From positions 24,470 through 88,469 of the forward strand of contig NIVC01003605.1 in NCBI GenBank assembly GCA_002269645.1: a stretch of 64,000 nucleotides of DNA, written 5' to 3'. Position numbers and translations under genes: made by a program. The first letter of the stretch is position 1; every line of letters begins with the position of its first letter. The notes under the pieces were generated by a model, which made no database searches, was not told where the DNA came from, and was given only the letters and a program-made list of their open reading frames with translations. Origin of the DNA: Macrostomum lignano. Its lineage: Eukaryota. Below are positions 27,791-41,436 of this stretch, one piece after another.

Positions 27791-29384
27791 GTCAGCGTGG
27801 CCGTTAGTGAATGGTTCACTAAGAAGGAGGAAGCCATTTCTTTTGTCTTGGAAATAATCCAATGATATCCAAGCAAAAAAAGGAAGGCGTTGTGTGGGAA
27901 TTATAGTGTAGTGTGGCGGAGAACAGTGAATGAACGTAGATTTTTTGTCTATAGCTTGCCTTTCAGGTACTAAGGGGAGATACAAAGACTCAGACCCTCC
28001 CCAGTCTGCCCAAAAGAGACTGGGCCGCACCATTGACTCAAAATAGTACGGACTCAAAAATGGTTAAGCACCAACCAGGAATAGAGGTCAGACAAGAACT
28101 GGTTTTAACCAGTGGGGTCAGTTAGGATGCAGCTTGTGCGAAACTCCTCCCCCTTCCCCAGAGCCTTAGAGGCATCTCAAGAGCAGGACTAAAACTGAAC
28201 CAATGAGCTCCAAATTAGCAGAGGAATAGAATCCCTGCGATTAGATCGGGCTTGGCATTGGTTTTGATGCGGCGATCCTGGACTGAGGAAGCCGCAGGCC
28301 GGCCCTGGACTGCTCAATTATTGATGCCCTGATCCGACTCGTTTGCCCAACCGCTGTGAATGGATGCGTTCCCTGTGATGATGGGGCATGAGAGAATCTG
28401 AGACTGAAGTAATTGGAAGATTGACTCGAAAGGTCAGCGCATCGGGGGGGGGATGCACAGAGAGTGCGACCTGCTTATGCTTTAGCTATTACCCTCGCGT
28501 GGGGGCAATAAATTTAATGCAGATGGGACCGGCAAGAGCAGCTGGAAAGGCCGTGACAGAGTCGGTCGCGGCCTCTTTTTATTTCTAGTGTTCCTAAACC
28601 ATCCAACACAGTGCAAGCATAAACAATGTCTGGAAACACAGACGCAAACTGCAGAATCAAGTACGCGGTGAACTTCAAGAGGCTCCAAACATTCCTGACC
28701 TTCAAGGATGTCGCTGGCTTAGGCTACAGCGGCCATGAGCTGCCTAATTTATTTACTCGCTAGTGGGTAGCGTAACCCCCCCCCTACCGCCGATGAAAAC
28801 TGGCTCGACTTGGGTAGCGAATTGAGCAGCCAAAAAGGGGGTTGGGGTTGCGTGATCCGGGCCAGCTGCCTTTATCTCTGGGGGTCCGGCGGTGCCAAAG
28901 CCGCTGAATAATTCCCCCAGCCATTATAATTCCGTATCTTTCTTGCCGCTCCGAAGATAGATTAGTACTGCGGCTCTGGCTGGACTCATTCCGGTGCCCA
29001 GATTTTATCCAGCTCTTTTTTCCTCTTTGTTGGCCTGCCAGAGTCGGCCCGTCACGGGGCTTCCGTTGCCAGCACCGAATTCGCCTGCTATTCCCAGATG
29101 GAGAGAAAGAGAATTTGACTCTTTCCCTCTGCTCAGCGCTTCCCCGCAGCAGACTATTGCTGATTGCAGCTCTTCTACTGCTGCTAATTTTTTTGTTAAT
29201 TTGCTGCCGACTGAGCTTAAATTTAGCAAGCGTCGACCAGCCTTGATTGCGAAGTAGCGAAGTATAAAAAAACTGCTGAGCCAAGAATTTAAATTTCAAT
29301 TTTGCGCAGTCCCCAGATTATTGAACAGCACGTGCAAGCCAAACTGCAAACTTATTTGTCGTTTAAAAACTCCCCCCCCCCAAG

Positions 29385-32300
29385 GAGTGCCAGCCTTCGC
29401 AAAGCGGCGCACCAGCTGCTCAGCAGGGAGGAATGCGAGACCTTCAAGGCGGCGCTGCGAGCTTTCCGCGAGACCACAACAGCGGGGCAGCTGATCAGCA
29501 GCCTGGAGAAGATCATCGACTCGCCGAAGAAGCTCAGCCTGCTGCGCGAGATCGCCCTGCTGCTGCCGATGGAGCAGCGCCGGGATTTCATACGCATGTC
29601 GCGCCAGCGATTCAAAGGCTCCGAGCTGCTGCTTCAGGAGGAGAACATCGCCCAGGAGGCGGCCAGCAGGAACCGGTTGAAGAGCAGCAGCTCAGCCTGC
29701 CTGCCGGGAATTGCGGAGCCGTCGCAGGGACCGCTGATTCGGCAGCAGCTGCAGCTACAACTGCAGCAGAAGCATCAGCAGCAGCCGCAGCAAAGGCTGC
29801 AGCGACCTGGCGGAGGCGCCGCCACCTTCAGCGGCAAGCGGCTCAGCATCAACCAGTTGGGCTTGTCGGACAGCGCCATCGGGAAGCTGGAGCGAGCTGT
29901 GGGACTGGCCGAGAAGATCACCCTGGCTGACAGCGCACCGATTCGAAGGCTAAAAGACGATTCAGCACCCCGGGTGATCAAGTTGAACTCGGCCACGTTT
30001 CAGGTAAGCTATAAATCATGCCACAGAACAGCACCTGATGGGATGATGGGATGGCAGATACCAGCTGATGTATTCGGACCTTCTTTGATTCAATGCACTT
30101 CTTAACTTAGAATATTTGTTTCTTACACAGTTTGCTTCTGCTTTGAAAATTTGGCTCTCTGCCAAAAGGAGGCCTCTCAATCACGGTAGCCACTTACCGC
30201 TGCTATTGATTTCCGTAGGTGCGCTACAAGTCTCAGATTTCGCCCATCACCGGACTGTCGCAAGGAGACGGCAGCGTGAGCGTCGTTCAAATCGCTGGAC
30301 CATCGACCTCTTCGACAGGAGCTTTGGACAGCTCGTCCAATTCAGCAGCGGCTCCAGTCAAGTTCCAGTCGCTCGGCTTCGTTCGTCAGCAGCATCCGCA
30401 GATCTCCGTCATCAAGGAGGAGTCGCCAACAGACGAGGCGAACACTGGCAGCGGAGCCCGCGGCAGTCCAGCCGGTGGAAAGTCTCCGGCCAAGACGGCG
30501 TCTTCAGCGTCCGCCTCGGCTTCGGCAGCGGCATCGACAGCGCAGGATCCGGACGATGAGCTGATGGAGCGCATCAAAAACCAGATGTCAAGACCGAGAC
30601 CACCGCTGGCTGCACTGCAGGACAAAGGCTTCTGGGCACTCAACAGTCCGCGAAGAAACCTGCAGGAGCAGCGCAAGCAAGAGCGTCGGTTGCTGCAAGA
30701 ATCGGCCAGTGAGCTGATGCAGGCGCACGCATCGCCTTCAGAGACACCTCAGAAAATCGTTACAGAAGCTATTGTAGCAGAGCAGCCGCCTCCGCAGCCC
30801 CAGCCTCCTGCGCAGGAGGAGATCCACATCATGCCGTGTCATGATGAGACCAACCATGGCATCTGCGACGTGATCCTGGACCGGCCCGACTCAGAGATCA
30901 CCACCGGCTTCTCCACAGACACAGACACTGAGGCTGCGCAGCCGGTATCGGCAGCGGCTCTGGCGGCTGCAGCAGCTCTCGCTCTCTCGTCTTCGGCACC
31001 GCCGACTTGCGCTTTCCCAGAATCCTCGGCGATAGATGGCGAAGCAACGCCACCGGCGGAGAATCACAGAGATGTTGCCGAGACTAGCGAAGATGTGGAG
31101 ACAGCGGTTGAGGCTGAGGAGAAACATGAAGATGAGAATAATGTTGATGAGGATGTGGTTAAGCCATCTGAAGCCGTGACTCAACAATCAGAAAAAATGG
31201 AAAAAGTAGCAAAAGAAGACTCGGAACCAGATGTAGTTGGCAGCTTAAGCGAAGATTCAAGCGCCCAAAATGCCCACGCGGTTCAGGATGACAATGATGA
31301 CAGAAATGTTGACGCTGACGCGGAACCAGATGTGGATTTCCATGCAGACGCAGCCAAAAATGCTCCAACGGTCGATTCTGACAGCAGGGAGGCGAGCGAT
31401 GCTGAGCGCGAGGCCAGACACGGTAGTGCAGATCTCATCAGCAGACGGTCGGTGTCCATGGTGGAGGTGGCGTCCGCTGCCACCGCGAGGACGGAGCCTC
31501 GATCAGGCGGCGAAGACGCTGGTGAGTTTCGCGATAAAAGCTTTCTCAGCCCTGTTACTGCATGACTAGTGCAATTCCACTGTTTGAGTTGAAGAGCCCA
31601 CTCGAGTGCAAACCCGCATCAAGACAGAAATAAGCACCCCAGACAACAATCTGATTATTCCAATTGCGTGGACTTGTCCGTGTCGAGAAGGTCCACGGGC
31701 TCCCAAAGGGGCCCCGCAGTGCTGATTGTATCGCGCCCTGTAATAAGCCAATCTGCACGAGCGCGCTTAAAAGCTTATACTCGTAGAAGAAGCTTGGAGA
31801 CAAAGTGGCTGGATTTGGGATGGGAGAGCAGATTGGTCCAGACAGAACTCGGCGCCTAGATGAGGGAAAGCCTGATAGCCTGACGTTTGCGTCAGAAAGG
31901 ATTATTGGAAGAATTCGTGTGCTATGGTGCGGATTTAGGAAATATTTTATTACTCCATGTGGCTCTTCTGTAGAAGTAAACAGATATCTGTGTTCAACTT
32001 ATTATCGTTTTTTATTAGCGTACGAGTAATGGTACACTAAATGTAGAAACGAGCGCTGGAAACCGGACTGTCGGTAAGATAAGACCCCATCATCATGCCA
32101 GCGCTGCCGCTTGATTGAGAGTGAAAATGGGAAGAAAGTTCAGACAGACCACCGTATGGAGGGCCGGAGTAGGAAATATGAAAAACTAAGAATGGAAGAT
32201 TTTTTGACAGGGACGAATGGTTCGCTGCTGTGGTTTCCCTCTCCTTTACTGTTCCCTCCAACGGTCCCAGCCAGGAAATACCTGGAGCTACCTGGAAAGG

Positions 32301-35300
32301 ATTTGCAAAGTTGATATTCTACGCACTTTAGGGGCGGGGTTTGAACGCCTTCATACCCATCAGAATCTTGCGCGAATCTGCAAGGCATAGATGGTCCAAG
32401 GGCCGGCACTTCATACCAGCTGAAGCGAAATGTGGAAGGTTAAGTTTCGATAGGAGGCCGTGTAAGTTGAACTTCGGTTGCTTGTTTTTGGTATTCATGC
32501 GTTCTACGGGTCAAAAGATAACTGCCGAACGTTGCATTCGCCGGTGTGAAGCAAACTTACATAGCAAAGCTTACTGACCAATGTTTTCAATGTTTTCAAT
32601 GCTGGGAACGTAAGCAAGGAAAATTTCCCAACGTCATCTAACTGTTGTTATATGCTATATAATCAAAACAAAGCAAATATTTAGTGTTACTAAACCCGAC
32701 TGAGTCAAAGTTAATTGGAGAAGATACAGAGGAAGAGATACGCTCATAAATGCAATGCAAGTACGCATTTCATCCAACAGGCCAACAGGCCCAATAGTGA
32801 CTGGAAGCCCGTCCTCAGATCTCCGCTGTCCAGAAATGATGATTGCTTTTGCGTGTGCTGTCCCCCCTCTCTGTTCAAAGTCCGCGTGTGCCAGTTCCCA
32901 TCCGTCTGCCAGGGTCCACTGGATTGAACAGCTGTGCGCTTCATTTGGCCATCTATGCAACCTTTTCATGGCTTTGCCTTGAATACGTCCTGTCCCAGTG
33001 CCTCTCTCGGCAAGGCCCGTGGTTAATAGTCCATTGCCCACTGAGCCGCAGTAATTTTATTTACCCGGAGAAAACTACAGAGATCGATGCGAAGTCTAGC
33101 TTTTCAGTTTAAGCTTCACTGCGAACGTTTTAAAGTGAAGAATATGATAAAATTGCATCATCAATCCATTAGCTTTGCAGTTTCAATAGCTGGGATGTGC
33201 TGGGATGTGCTCACAATCATATTGTAGCTGCCGGAAGCAGCAAAACAAAAATCATGGGACAGTACAATACGAATTATCTTAAAAATCCTGTGAGCAAACT
33301 GAATGAATGCGTGATGCAATTTGTTTCCTTTGTTTTGGAGAGAGCACCTTCCAAGTAGGAACTTTCTCGATTGTTCTCTCTCGCCGAAGCTTGTAGGAGC
33401 GACTAACGGGGTTCGGCAAGATTTTTTTACCTCCAAGGCCAAATGGAGAACCTAGAGAATGACTACGGGCCGGAGGAGGGGAGAGAGGAGAGGGAATAGC
33501 GAAGAGAGAAGGGAGATAAGAGAAAGAGAGGCGAGAGTATAAGGAAGAAGAAGAGTGGAGAGAAGAGGAGAGAGAAGAGAGGAGAGAGGAGATGAGGAGA
33601 GAGGAGAGAGGAGAGAAAACGAGAGGAGAGAGGAGAGAAAACGAGAGGAGAGGAGAGAGGAGAGAGGAGACGATAGAGAATAGGAGAGGGAGAAGAGGAG
33701 AGAGGAGAGAGAAGAGGAGAGAGGAGAGGAGAGAGAAGAGAAGAGAGAAGAGAGGAAGAGAGTAGAGAGGAGATTAGGCAAGAGCACGGAGAAGAGACAT
33801 AAACATTGAGCGGGCTGGATTGCTATTGTGAAGTTTCAAACGACCCGAGAAGGGTCGGATGGAGATACTCTGCGGGCCGCATGTGGCCCACGGGTCGGAG
33901 TTTGTCGACCCATAGCCTAACTTCACAGGAGAGCTTTGGAATTCGATACTGATTTAGCCAGTCGTGACCAAATAAGTTGGAACGGTCTGGAGCATACACA
34001 TGTATCACTGCTGGGAAAGAAGCTGAGGGTTCGCAGAATCTCGCGCCAAACTGACTGACTCCATGTGCCAATGCATTTGTTTTAGACCTATGCAATTCTG
34101 CCAATGCACAGGGTTGTTTAGTTTCGTACAAACACCTGAAAATACGCTCGTAAGAACTTCTGGGCCGTGTACACAAGTCTTTAGCGACATCTTTATGGTA
34201 TTGTTCGTGAAAATAGTTTAAAAACTAAAATCTATTGTCAGATGCGCACGACAGCCAGGCGCGTCTCCGCCAGGTTCGCGAGAAGAGCAGCTCGCTGCAG
34301 CGCGACACGAAGTCAGCCAGACTTGGAAACGACGGCTGCTCGTCGCCGCCGCCTCCTCCGACGATGCCGCCGACAACAAGTGCCGCGTCAGCGGCCATGT
34401 CAGCAGCCGCCAGGGCCAAGTTCTCCAGCAGCCCGCCTGTGGCTGACAACCAGCTGTACCGCATGCTCTACGGACCGAGCACCGGCAGCGGAAAGGAGGA
34501 GGATGATCAGGTTTGATCACGTATTTGAATCTTGATAAAAATGAAGGAAAATTAAAAATAAACAATGTCAAAATCAGTTGAAGTGAAGTGAATTAGTGCG
34601 ATGAATTGTAATCATCAAAAGAAACAAGCCGTGACGGAAGACGCAGAGATGGATTGTATGGCACATCCAAATCTCGTTAAGCGTGATAGGGTTCAGGGAC
34701 AATACGGTCTCAACGCATGCATGTAGAAAACATACTAAAATTTTTCTACCTTATCGTCATCTCCAGGTTTCTGTGACGTCATCGGTACTAGAAAGCGAGT
34801 ACCTGAAGTCGCGTCTCATCCAGGGCTGGCCCGTCGTTAGTGGGCCCGTCGCGGCGACAGCATCAACTGCGTCGGCAACATCGCGAGTGACGGCTGGCTG
34901 CCAAACGGAATCGCAGCTGACGCCTGAAGGTCACGCGGACTTCGGCCTGCAGGTGTCCATGCACTCCGACTACAGCGTAGGCAGCGGCGGTGGCGGCGGG
35001 GGTGAATCAGCTGGTGACGTCTTTCGCCGGCTGAGACCCGTAGACAATCGGGAGATTCAGTGCGACCTGGGCAGGCCTCTGCTGCAAGACTCAACGACAT
35101 CGCCGGCAGAGAGTGAGTTGCTGGGCTTTGCTGGCGTTTAATAAGCTACCGGTGGACTTTAAATCAATTGGCAAAAAAGTATCCCCAGAGACCAGCTGGG
35201 TTCATATCTAGATATAGACGAACCGCAACTAACGGGGAAACAATTGTAGCCCCGCTCAGTTGGCTGACCATGAAGGCATGCATATTCGCATATGGACGCA

Positions 35301-38300
35301 CAAGCTAGGTGCATCTCGTACTATAAAGATCTCTCCGATTTTCTTGTACTAGGCAGGTCACCCTTTCTTCTTTGTCGGACTTCATAGTCGTGGAAGGGCA
35401 CAAAAATTGTCCAGCCCACTGAGTTTATACCCACGGACTTTTTGTACGAGAGTTGGAGGCGTGGTCTCTCACTACTCACCCATGCTTCTGTTCCGGACTC
35501 ATTGTCAAACGTTGATGAGTGGTTCAGCTTCTTTCACGCTTTCTCGTAGTCTCGTCGTATTTTATGCATACATTACCGTCTTCAAGGCAGCCTCTGGACA
35601 ATTCCCATTTTGAGACTTATCTCTCGTGCCTTACTCATAAGTGTGTTTATTGCAAGCGTAATGTATTTTATTAGTCACGTGCGTCTGTGAATATTTTTGT
35701 GTGCCGCTGGAGAGTTGAAATTTATTAATAATTTAAATTCCACAGAAAGCTGAAACAACATTAGATCCAGCCGATCACAGAAATGAAGACTAAGAGCGGT
35801 TATCTTATTGCAACACTCCTTGACAGTGTCCTCTTGAAAATAATATTCTAGTTCCCTGGTTACAGCTGATTATTTTCACTATGTTGTCAGAGGGAATTTT
35901 GATGTGATTAAAAAACTAAAGCGTGTAAGTCATGCTATGACTCATAGATACTTGCTCATAATTGATTATTTGCTGGAACAGATCCAAAAACAGAAGAGAA
36001 AGCAAAAGCAGAAGAAAATAAGCGGAGCAACAGGATGCAGGGAGGATCTGGATTTGAAAGCGACAAAATTAATCCACCACTCATCAATTCCATCTTGGCC
36101 TCGCTCCTCTATCCCTCTCTGCCTTCCTATCTGCCCAGTCTGACCTGTTGGAGACAGCCCATCAGCATTAGGCGATCAGTGAGGCCAGGGAACAGAGACG
36201 GAAATTGAGATCAATTTCATTTCACAGGACCCTACCTCATCTAACCGGGTCGTCTGCAGTCAGGAGGAAACCAAATCAAATTGGGCACTGGAAAACGGTT
36301 TCAACTTGCTTCCAAACTGAGCGTTTGCTCTGATAAAACCTCGATGGCAGCAGGCAATGGGCTCGCAGTGCCAAAGTGATGCTGTGCGAATCAAGCGTGC
36401 ATGAGTTTTATAAAAATAAACTCTGTAGAAGCTTTGAATCGGATGGATGTTCTAAACATAGTGGGATCCTCTGCGTTCAGGCACGAAAGCTGCAGAATTG
36501 CACCAATGCGTGTTGGATGTCAAAGACAGATTGTTGAACAAATGAGATGGGTTATTTTGCTTTCGTTTAAAAAATTACTAATATGTGCCTTTTCCCGATT
36601 AAACCGTTACCTAGGCCAAGAAGCGTCCCAGAGTGAATTGTGTAAAGATTGGAGTCAACGTAAAATAGAAAGAAGTGACTGTAGACGACTCTAAAACGAT
36701 GAGATATCACGGTACAAGTCACCAAAAAGTTATCAATGTCGCCTAAGAGTTACTTTGAACCGTTTTTATCGTGTGCGACTTTGAAACGACTCTGGGGCGA
36801 CAGAAGTGACACTGAAGACTGTAGCGTCATTTAAACCGCATTTGCGCCGCTTAATGAATTAAAGCCACATCTCTTGCAAAAGTTAAGCGCCAAAACAACG
36901 ATTATTGAAAAACTCACATCTCAGGTGACGCGCTTGTGACGCAACAATTGCCTCTCCGTTGCATTAGACGCATTGTAGTTGTTACAAAGTCACAAGAGTC
37001 GCCCCAAAGTCGCTAGAGTTAATTGAGTTGTTTGCTATTCTTTTTCCGGTATCGTTTTCAACGGGTTTATCTGAGATTTTCGTGCAGTTTCGTGTTCTCG
37101 GTTGAAAATGTTTCATACAACTGGCCTTGGACCCGCAGGTTTGAACCTCCCCGGAAGCCGCCGACGAACGCCTCCGTCGCCTCTGGCGCTTTCGCTTGGA
37201 AAGCCACCTCAGCTGCAGCAACAAAATCAGTCTCCGTCGCCTGCGACCGAGCCCAAGGAGGCCAAGACGGCTGACGAACCGAAACCAAACGATGCTGAAG
37301 ATCTTGATGAAGTTCTGCAAGAAGCTGAGCTATTGTACGCAATGGACGCTGCGGAGGAGGAAGCATCTAAAACAGAAAGAGGGGAAGACCCGACCCGACC
37401 CGGCCAGACTGCGGATTCTCAGGAAATGACACCTGCCAAACTCCCAGGACACACGGAGGCCTCGCAGCCGATCTCTATCGACACAGGTCTGCGTCAGCAG
37501 CGTATCAGACGCAGCAGCAGCAGCTTCAGCAACACCGACGATTCCTCGATGCCGTCTGCTTCCGCACCGACTACAAGTGCCGCCACCGCCGCTGCCGCTG
37601 CTTCCGCGGCTTCGGGACCAATGCCATCAATGCAAGGCGCAGCCGCAATGTCTTCCACAGCCGCAACTCCGCAGTTTCCTCATCCGGCCGCTCTTGGCGC
37701 AGCTGCCGCTATAGGGAGCGCTCCGAACTCAGAGTTTCCGTTCGGCTATTTCTTTCCACCACCGCCGCCACCGCCACCGCAAATGATGATGAGCTCACAG
37801 ACTCAGTCGAGACCAATCTCTCCAATGTCGCGCAGCAGCCAACAGCAGCAGCCGCAGGTGCCTTACAGCTCTTCCTATCCCGGAAACCTGTTCTTCCAGT
37901 GGATGACAGGCCAGATGATGATGCAGGCGGCCGCCGCGCAGATGCCGTACGCGGGCTTTTCGCCAGCCGACTTTTTCAACCAGTTGTACGGCCAGCACCA
38001 TCCCCAGCAGCAGCAGCCGATGCCGAGCGAGCCGGATGTCAGACAGATTACTCTTGTCAAAGCTGGAGGAACTTTTGGATTGTCCGTCACGATGGCGAAA
38101 CGGGAGGGCGACTTGCCCGCTGTGTTGGTCTCCGCTGTGGCCACGGGATCTCCGGCCTACCAGCAAGTGAGTAGCTATATTTAAAGTCTTATGAAAACTG
38201 ATGCAGGGTTCTTTGTGTAAAACATCGTGTGTCGTTTCCCAATTGACAGGGCATTCAGCCTGGAGACGAGCTGCTGGAGCTCGAAGGCGAGAAGGTGTCC

Positions 38301-38396
38301 AACATGACTCTGCACCAGCTGGGCATGGCCATCCGCAACCAGAGCAAAATACGGCTCTCCATCCGAGCTAAGCACAAGACAGACTCAACCGCCTGA
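29385..38396 (+). CDS. Harmonin-N-like (HHD) domain, long disordered region and C-terminal PDZ (whirlin/PDZD7-like); start exon unresolved
   Basis: Exons 29385-30003, 30219-31521, 34242-34510, 34767-35112, 37139-38166, 38250-38396 (TGA), with consistent phases. HHD: LRKAAHQLLSREECETFKAALRAF...LISSLEKIIDSPKKLSLLREIALLLP. PDZ: ITLVKAGGTFGLSV..VLVSAVATGSPAYQQ|GIQPGDELLELEG. Confidence 0.85.
33407..33915 (+). mobile_element. hAT-Charlie (MER58-like) MITE with a ~330-bp internal GA-rich tract
   Basis: 5' end CGGGGTTCGGCAAGATTTTTTTACCTCCAAGGCCAAAT..ACTACGGGCC; 3' end GCGGGCCGCATGTGGCCCACGGGTCGGAGTTTGTCGACCC; homologous to 56932-58533 and 40085-40340. Confidence 0.7.
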
Positions 38397-39659
38397 GTCT
38401 AGCTGGTGTTCACGGGATTATGCATGCATAAGTCCCTACTTTGATCTGCCCCTTTGTTCTCCTGACCCGCGTCGCTGTCTCTCTTGTCTTCATTTATAGT
38501 GCAGTCACATTTAGCCTGTATAAAACCGCCAGCCACACCGCACAGCACTGGTTAATCAGTTATTCTCTTTGACACGCTGCTCTGCGCTTAACATGCTCCG
38601 TCGTGTATTTTTGCGCTATATACTACTCGTATATGTAAGTGTAGCCCTCCGCGCAGCGCTTATTCGCTATCATTTCTCTGCCGCACTAAACCCATTTTGC
38701 GAACTATTTACGGTAGTTTAAATTGAAAGCTTGATTAAATTATAGCTTGGCAGCCTGAACTGAGGACAGGTTAATCTTATAGCTCTAATAAGGGCTGCCT
38801 ATAGCATAGCCAATAAGCATTAGAGAAATCTGTGCTGGCATCCGCTGGTTTTCATACTGTTGAAAATAATCCTACATACTAAAATGCCGCTCGCTATCTG
38901 CTAGAAATTGTTTTTGTTTCTGATAAAAAGTACAGGATGTACAATAAATTATGTTTGTTGAATAAAGCTAGATGGTCAGACAAATATGCAAGTGGTTCGG
39001 TAAGATTGGCATGACATTGCAGTAGTCCTGTGGGCATTAATTAACATGTATGATCACACTTAATTGTCTGAAATAATTTGCAGTTTATAGGTGAATTTTT
39101 GACGCAATAAGAGATACCATACAAGTCAAATTGTGTGCGTTGTCTACTGCAATGCCAAGCCATTGAATTGTGTAGGAGTTTGTTTTGAATGAATAAAACG
39201 CCTGCAACACCTGCAAACTCCTGCTTTAGCGAAATCGCGTGGCCTATTGAACTGTTTGAATCAAAGTCAAATTTGACCAAACATAAATTTAGCTTGAGCT
39301 GACTCCAGCGAGTTGCTTTGATTCAGAAATTATCTGGGGGGAATTCAATTGATGCTTGAGTTTGAATGCAGTCAGCAGCTTACGAGGCTAAATATAAATG
39401 TTAGTTACGCTATTGTAATCAGTTAATTTATTAATTAATTTGCTACTCAGCTTGGCATATCGAGGAGAATTGTTTGGCTTGATGTTTCATTGTTGGCATG
39501 GTGGCTTTTCATTCAGATTTGATTATACATGAAGTATTAGTAAAAGGTAAAGTCAGCAGTTCGATCCATGGTGTGTCGCTCAAATATGCACTGTATGTTA
39601 TACTTACGTTTTAAAAGTTATACTTGCATGTTCGCATAAAAATATGAACAATACGGTCT

Positions 39660-39990
39660 AAGGGGGCGCTTTTATGTGCCAGCGGTCCAGGCTCGATTCC
39701 AAGTGCAGTCACATTACTTTGGGGCTAAATTGGAATCTCGGCTTGGCTCTGCTCTTGCAATAAACGCCCTTGAGGGCCAACCCCCAAGGCACAGTGAAGT
39801 GTACACGTGCCTAACGATAAATAAAGTTAGGGCCGCTGTACACTCCTGTGTGAGTTGTGTGCCCGTGCGCTTGGTGTGCCTGCTCAGGGGATTCGCCGGA
39901 TGGGCAGTAATGCCTCGCCGGTTAAAGTGTGACAATGTCGCTTAAAGTGAGCCAGGATGCGCACAGCACTCAGCCACGCGAATCTAATAA
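39660..39990 (+). mobile_element. SINE-like element
   Basis: B-box-like GCTCGATTCC near 39690, 3' part shared with 10830-10975, and an A-rich tail (taataaataaaa). Confidence 0.55.
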
Positions 39991-40084
39991 ATAAAATATG
40001 TACATGTAAATCTATATACATCACTTGTTGGAAGACCCGTTTTAGTTAACTTTCAAGTACACGTACAATTTACATGTAGCCTAC

Positions 40085-40340
40085 TGCTGGTAAGCTCTTG
40101 GTTGCCACATGCAGCCCGCCAATTAGCCTCTGATCTATCCGGCCATCGGGTCTTTCGAAACTTCACAATGGCAAATCTGCGGGCGCTCAATTGGAGTCCT
40201 CTCTTATCTCCTCTCTCATCTCTTCTCTCTCCACTCATCTCTTCTCTCATCTCATGCAACTTTCCTCTTTCATCTGGCCCGCAGCCAGGCAGTAGCTAGT
40301 TTAATCTGTATCTGGCCGTAGGGTTAAAAGCACTTTGGAT
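40085..40340 (-). mobile_element. Inverted copy of the GA-tract MITE (~70-bp tract)
   Basis: Reverse complement contains CGGCCAGATA..GGCTGCGGGCCAGATGA, then a GA tract, then GCGGGCTGCATGTGG. Confidence 0.6.
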
Positions 40341-41363
40341 AGTATAGCTTTACATAATTAATTGGTTGCCATCCCTGTGGGGAGCAGTGGCGCTGGAGTT
40401 GCTTATGAGCTACACTAATTCAGTTTATTTTGGTTTATTTTGGCTAAACCCAACTGAAATTCCGATTAAACAATGTTAATGTTTCAACGGCCTTCACAAT
40501 ATTCGATCATTATAGATTGCTTTCAGTGTTACATGTGCATTAAGACCCTCAATCTCAGGGAAGCAGGAGGGACAATCGAAATTGGTTGACACGCAAGGGC
40601 ATTGTGATGGCTGCCCACCGGAAAAGCAATTTGTCATTCTCAATTTTTCTCTTAGACTTGTCGTGTAGCCGGCCTCCTGTGCCAGAATCTGTAATAATTG
40701 ATGATGCATGCAGCTGAGTTCACGAATTGAACTGGACCGAAGTCAATCCGTCAACACACAGCAATAGAAACATGTGATTCATAATAACAATGGACACCCA
40801 TTGTATAATGATTTATATAATAATACTCATTGTACAATGAGTATAATGATAAGGTTAAACATTAACAAATGCAGAAAGGAAAGATTGAATGGAAAAACTC
40901 AATTTATCAAGCTAAGCCAAGGTTTCTAAAGCGTATGCTTTTACGCTACTTTAAGTAGCTGAATCGATTGCATATATTTCTGTGCAAAGAAAGTAAAGTT
41001 TTTTTCGATACATATCGGAGATATAGGATACAACATACATGTACTAGTGGTAGCTGTTAAGTTTTGTGCATATAAATTTGCAAGGAATGGAATTTTACAC
41101 TTCATAGGTGAAGTCTACCACTCGGCACTATTATTAATCGCTATTAAATTTTACCTTTTGGCTTTGAGTTGAAGTTAAAATTAAGATAAAGTCCAGACTC
41201 AAAGGAATCAAGAACGAATGCAATGGCTCAAGAAAATAAAATCGCTTTGACTAAGCCAGCTTTGTTCTTAACTTAAAATTTATGAACTGTTGTTTTCACA
41301 ATCCATCTAAAAGTCTAAAACGAATTCTGATGTCAAAATAACAATGGAATTGTGCAAAAACTA

Positions 41364-41436
41364 TGGTTCGGCCCGGGCTCGAACCGGGGACCTTCTGTGT
41401 GTGAGACAGATGTGATAACCACTACACCACCGAACC
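41364..41436 (-). tRNA. trnV-CAC: tRNA-Val (anticodon CAC)
   Basis: GGTTCGGTGGTGTAGTGGTTATCACATCTGTCTCACACACAGAAGGTCCCCGGTTCGAGCCCGGGCCGAACCA: 73 nt, perfect 7-bp acceptor stem, anticodon arm TCTGT-CTCACAC-ACAGA, A and B boxes, and a downstream T5 Pol III terminator (41356-41360). Confidence 0.97.

Noticed and set aside
25560-29300. Possible LTR retrotransposon or hidden gene in the G/C-run-rich intergenic DNA (similar DNA at 31600-33400 and 35150-36900)
   Set aside because: Apart from the LINE stub, I could not recognise LTR pairs, PBS/PPT, gag/pol motifs or consistent exons by eye; it needs a RepeatModeler or tBLASTx search.
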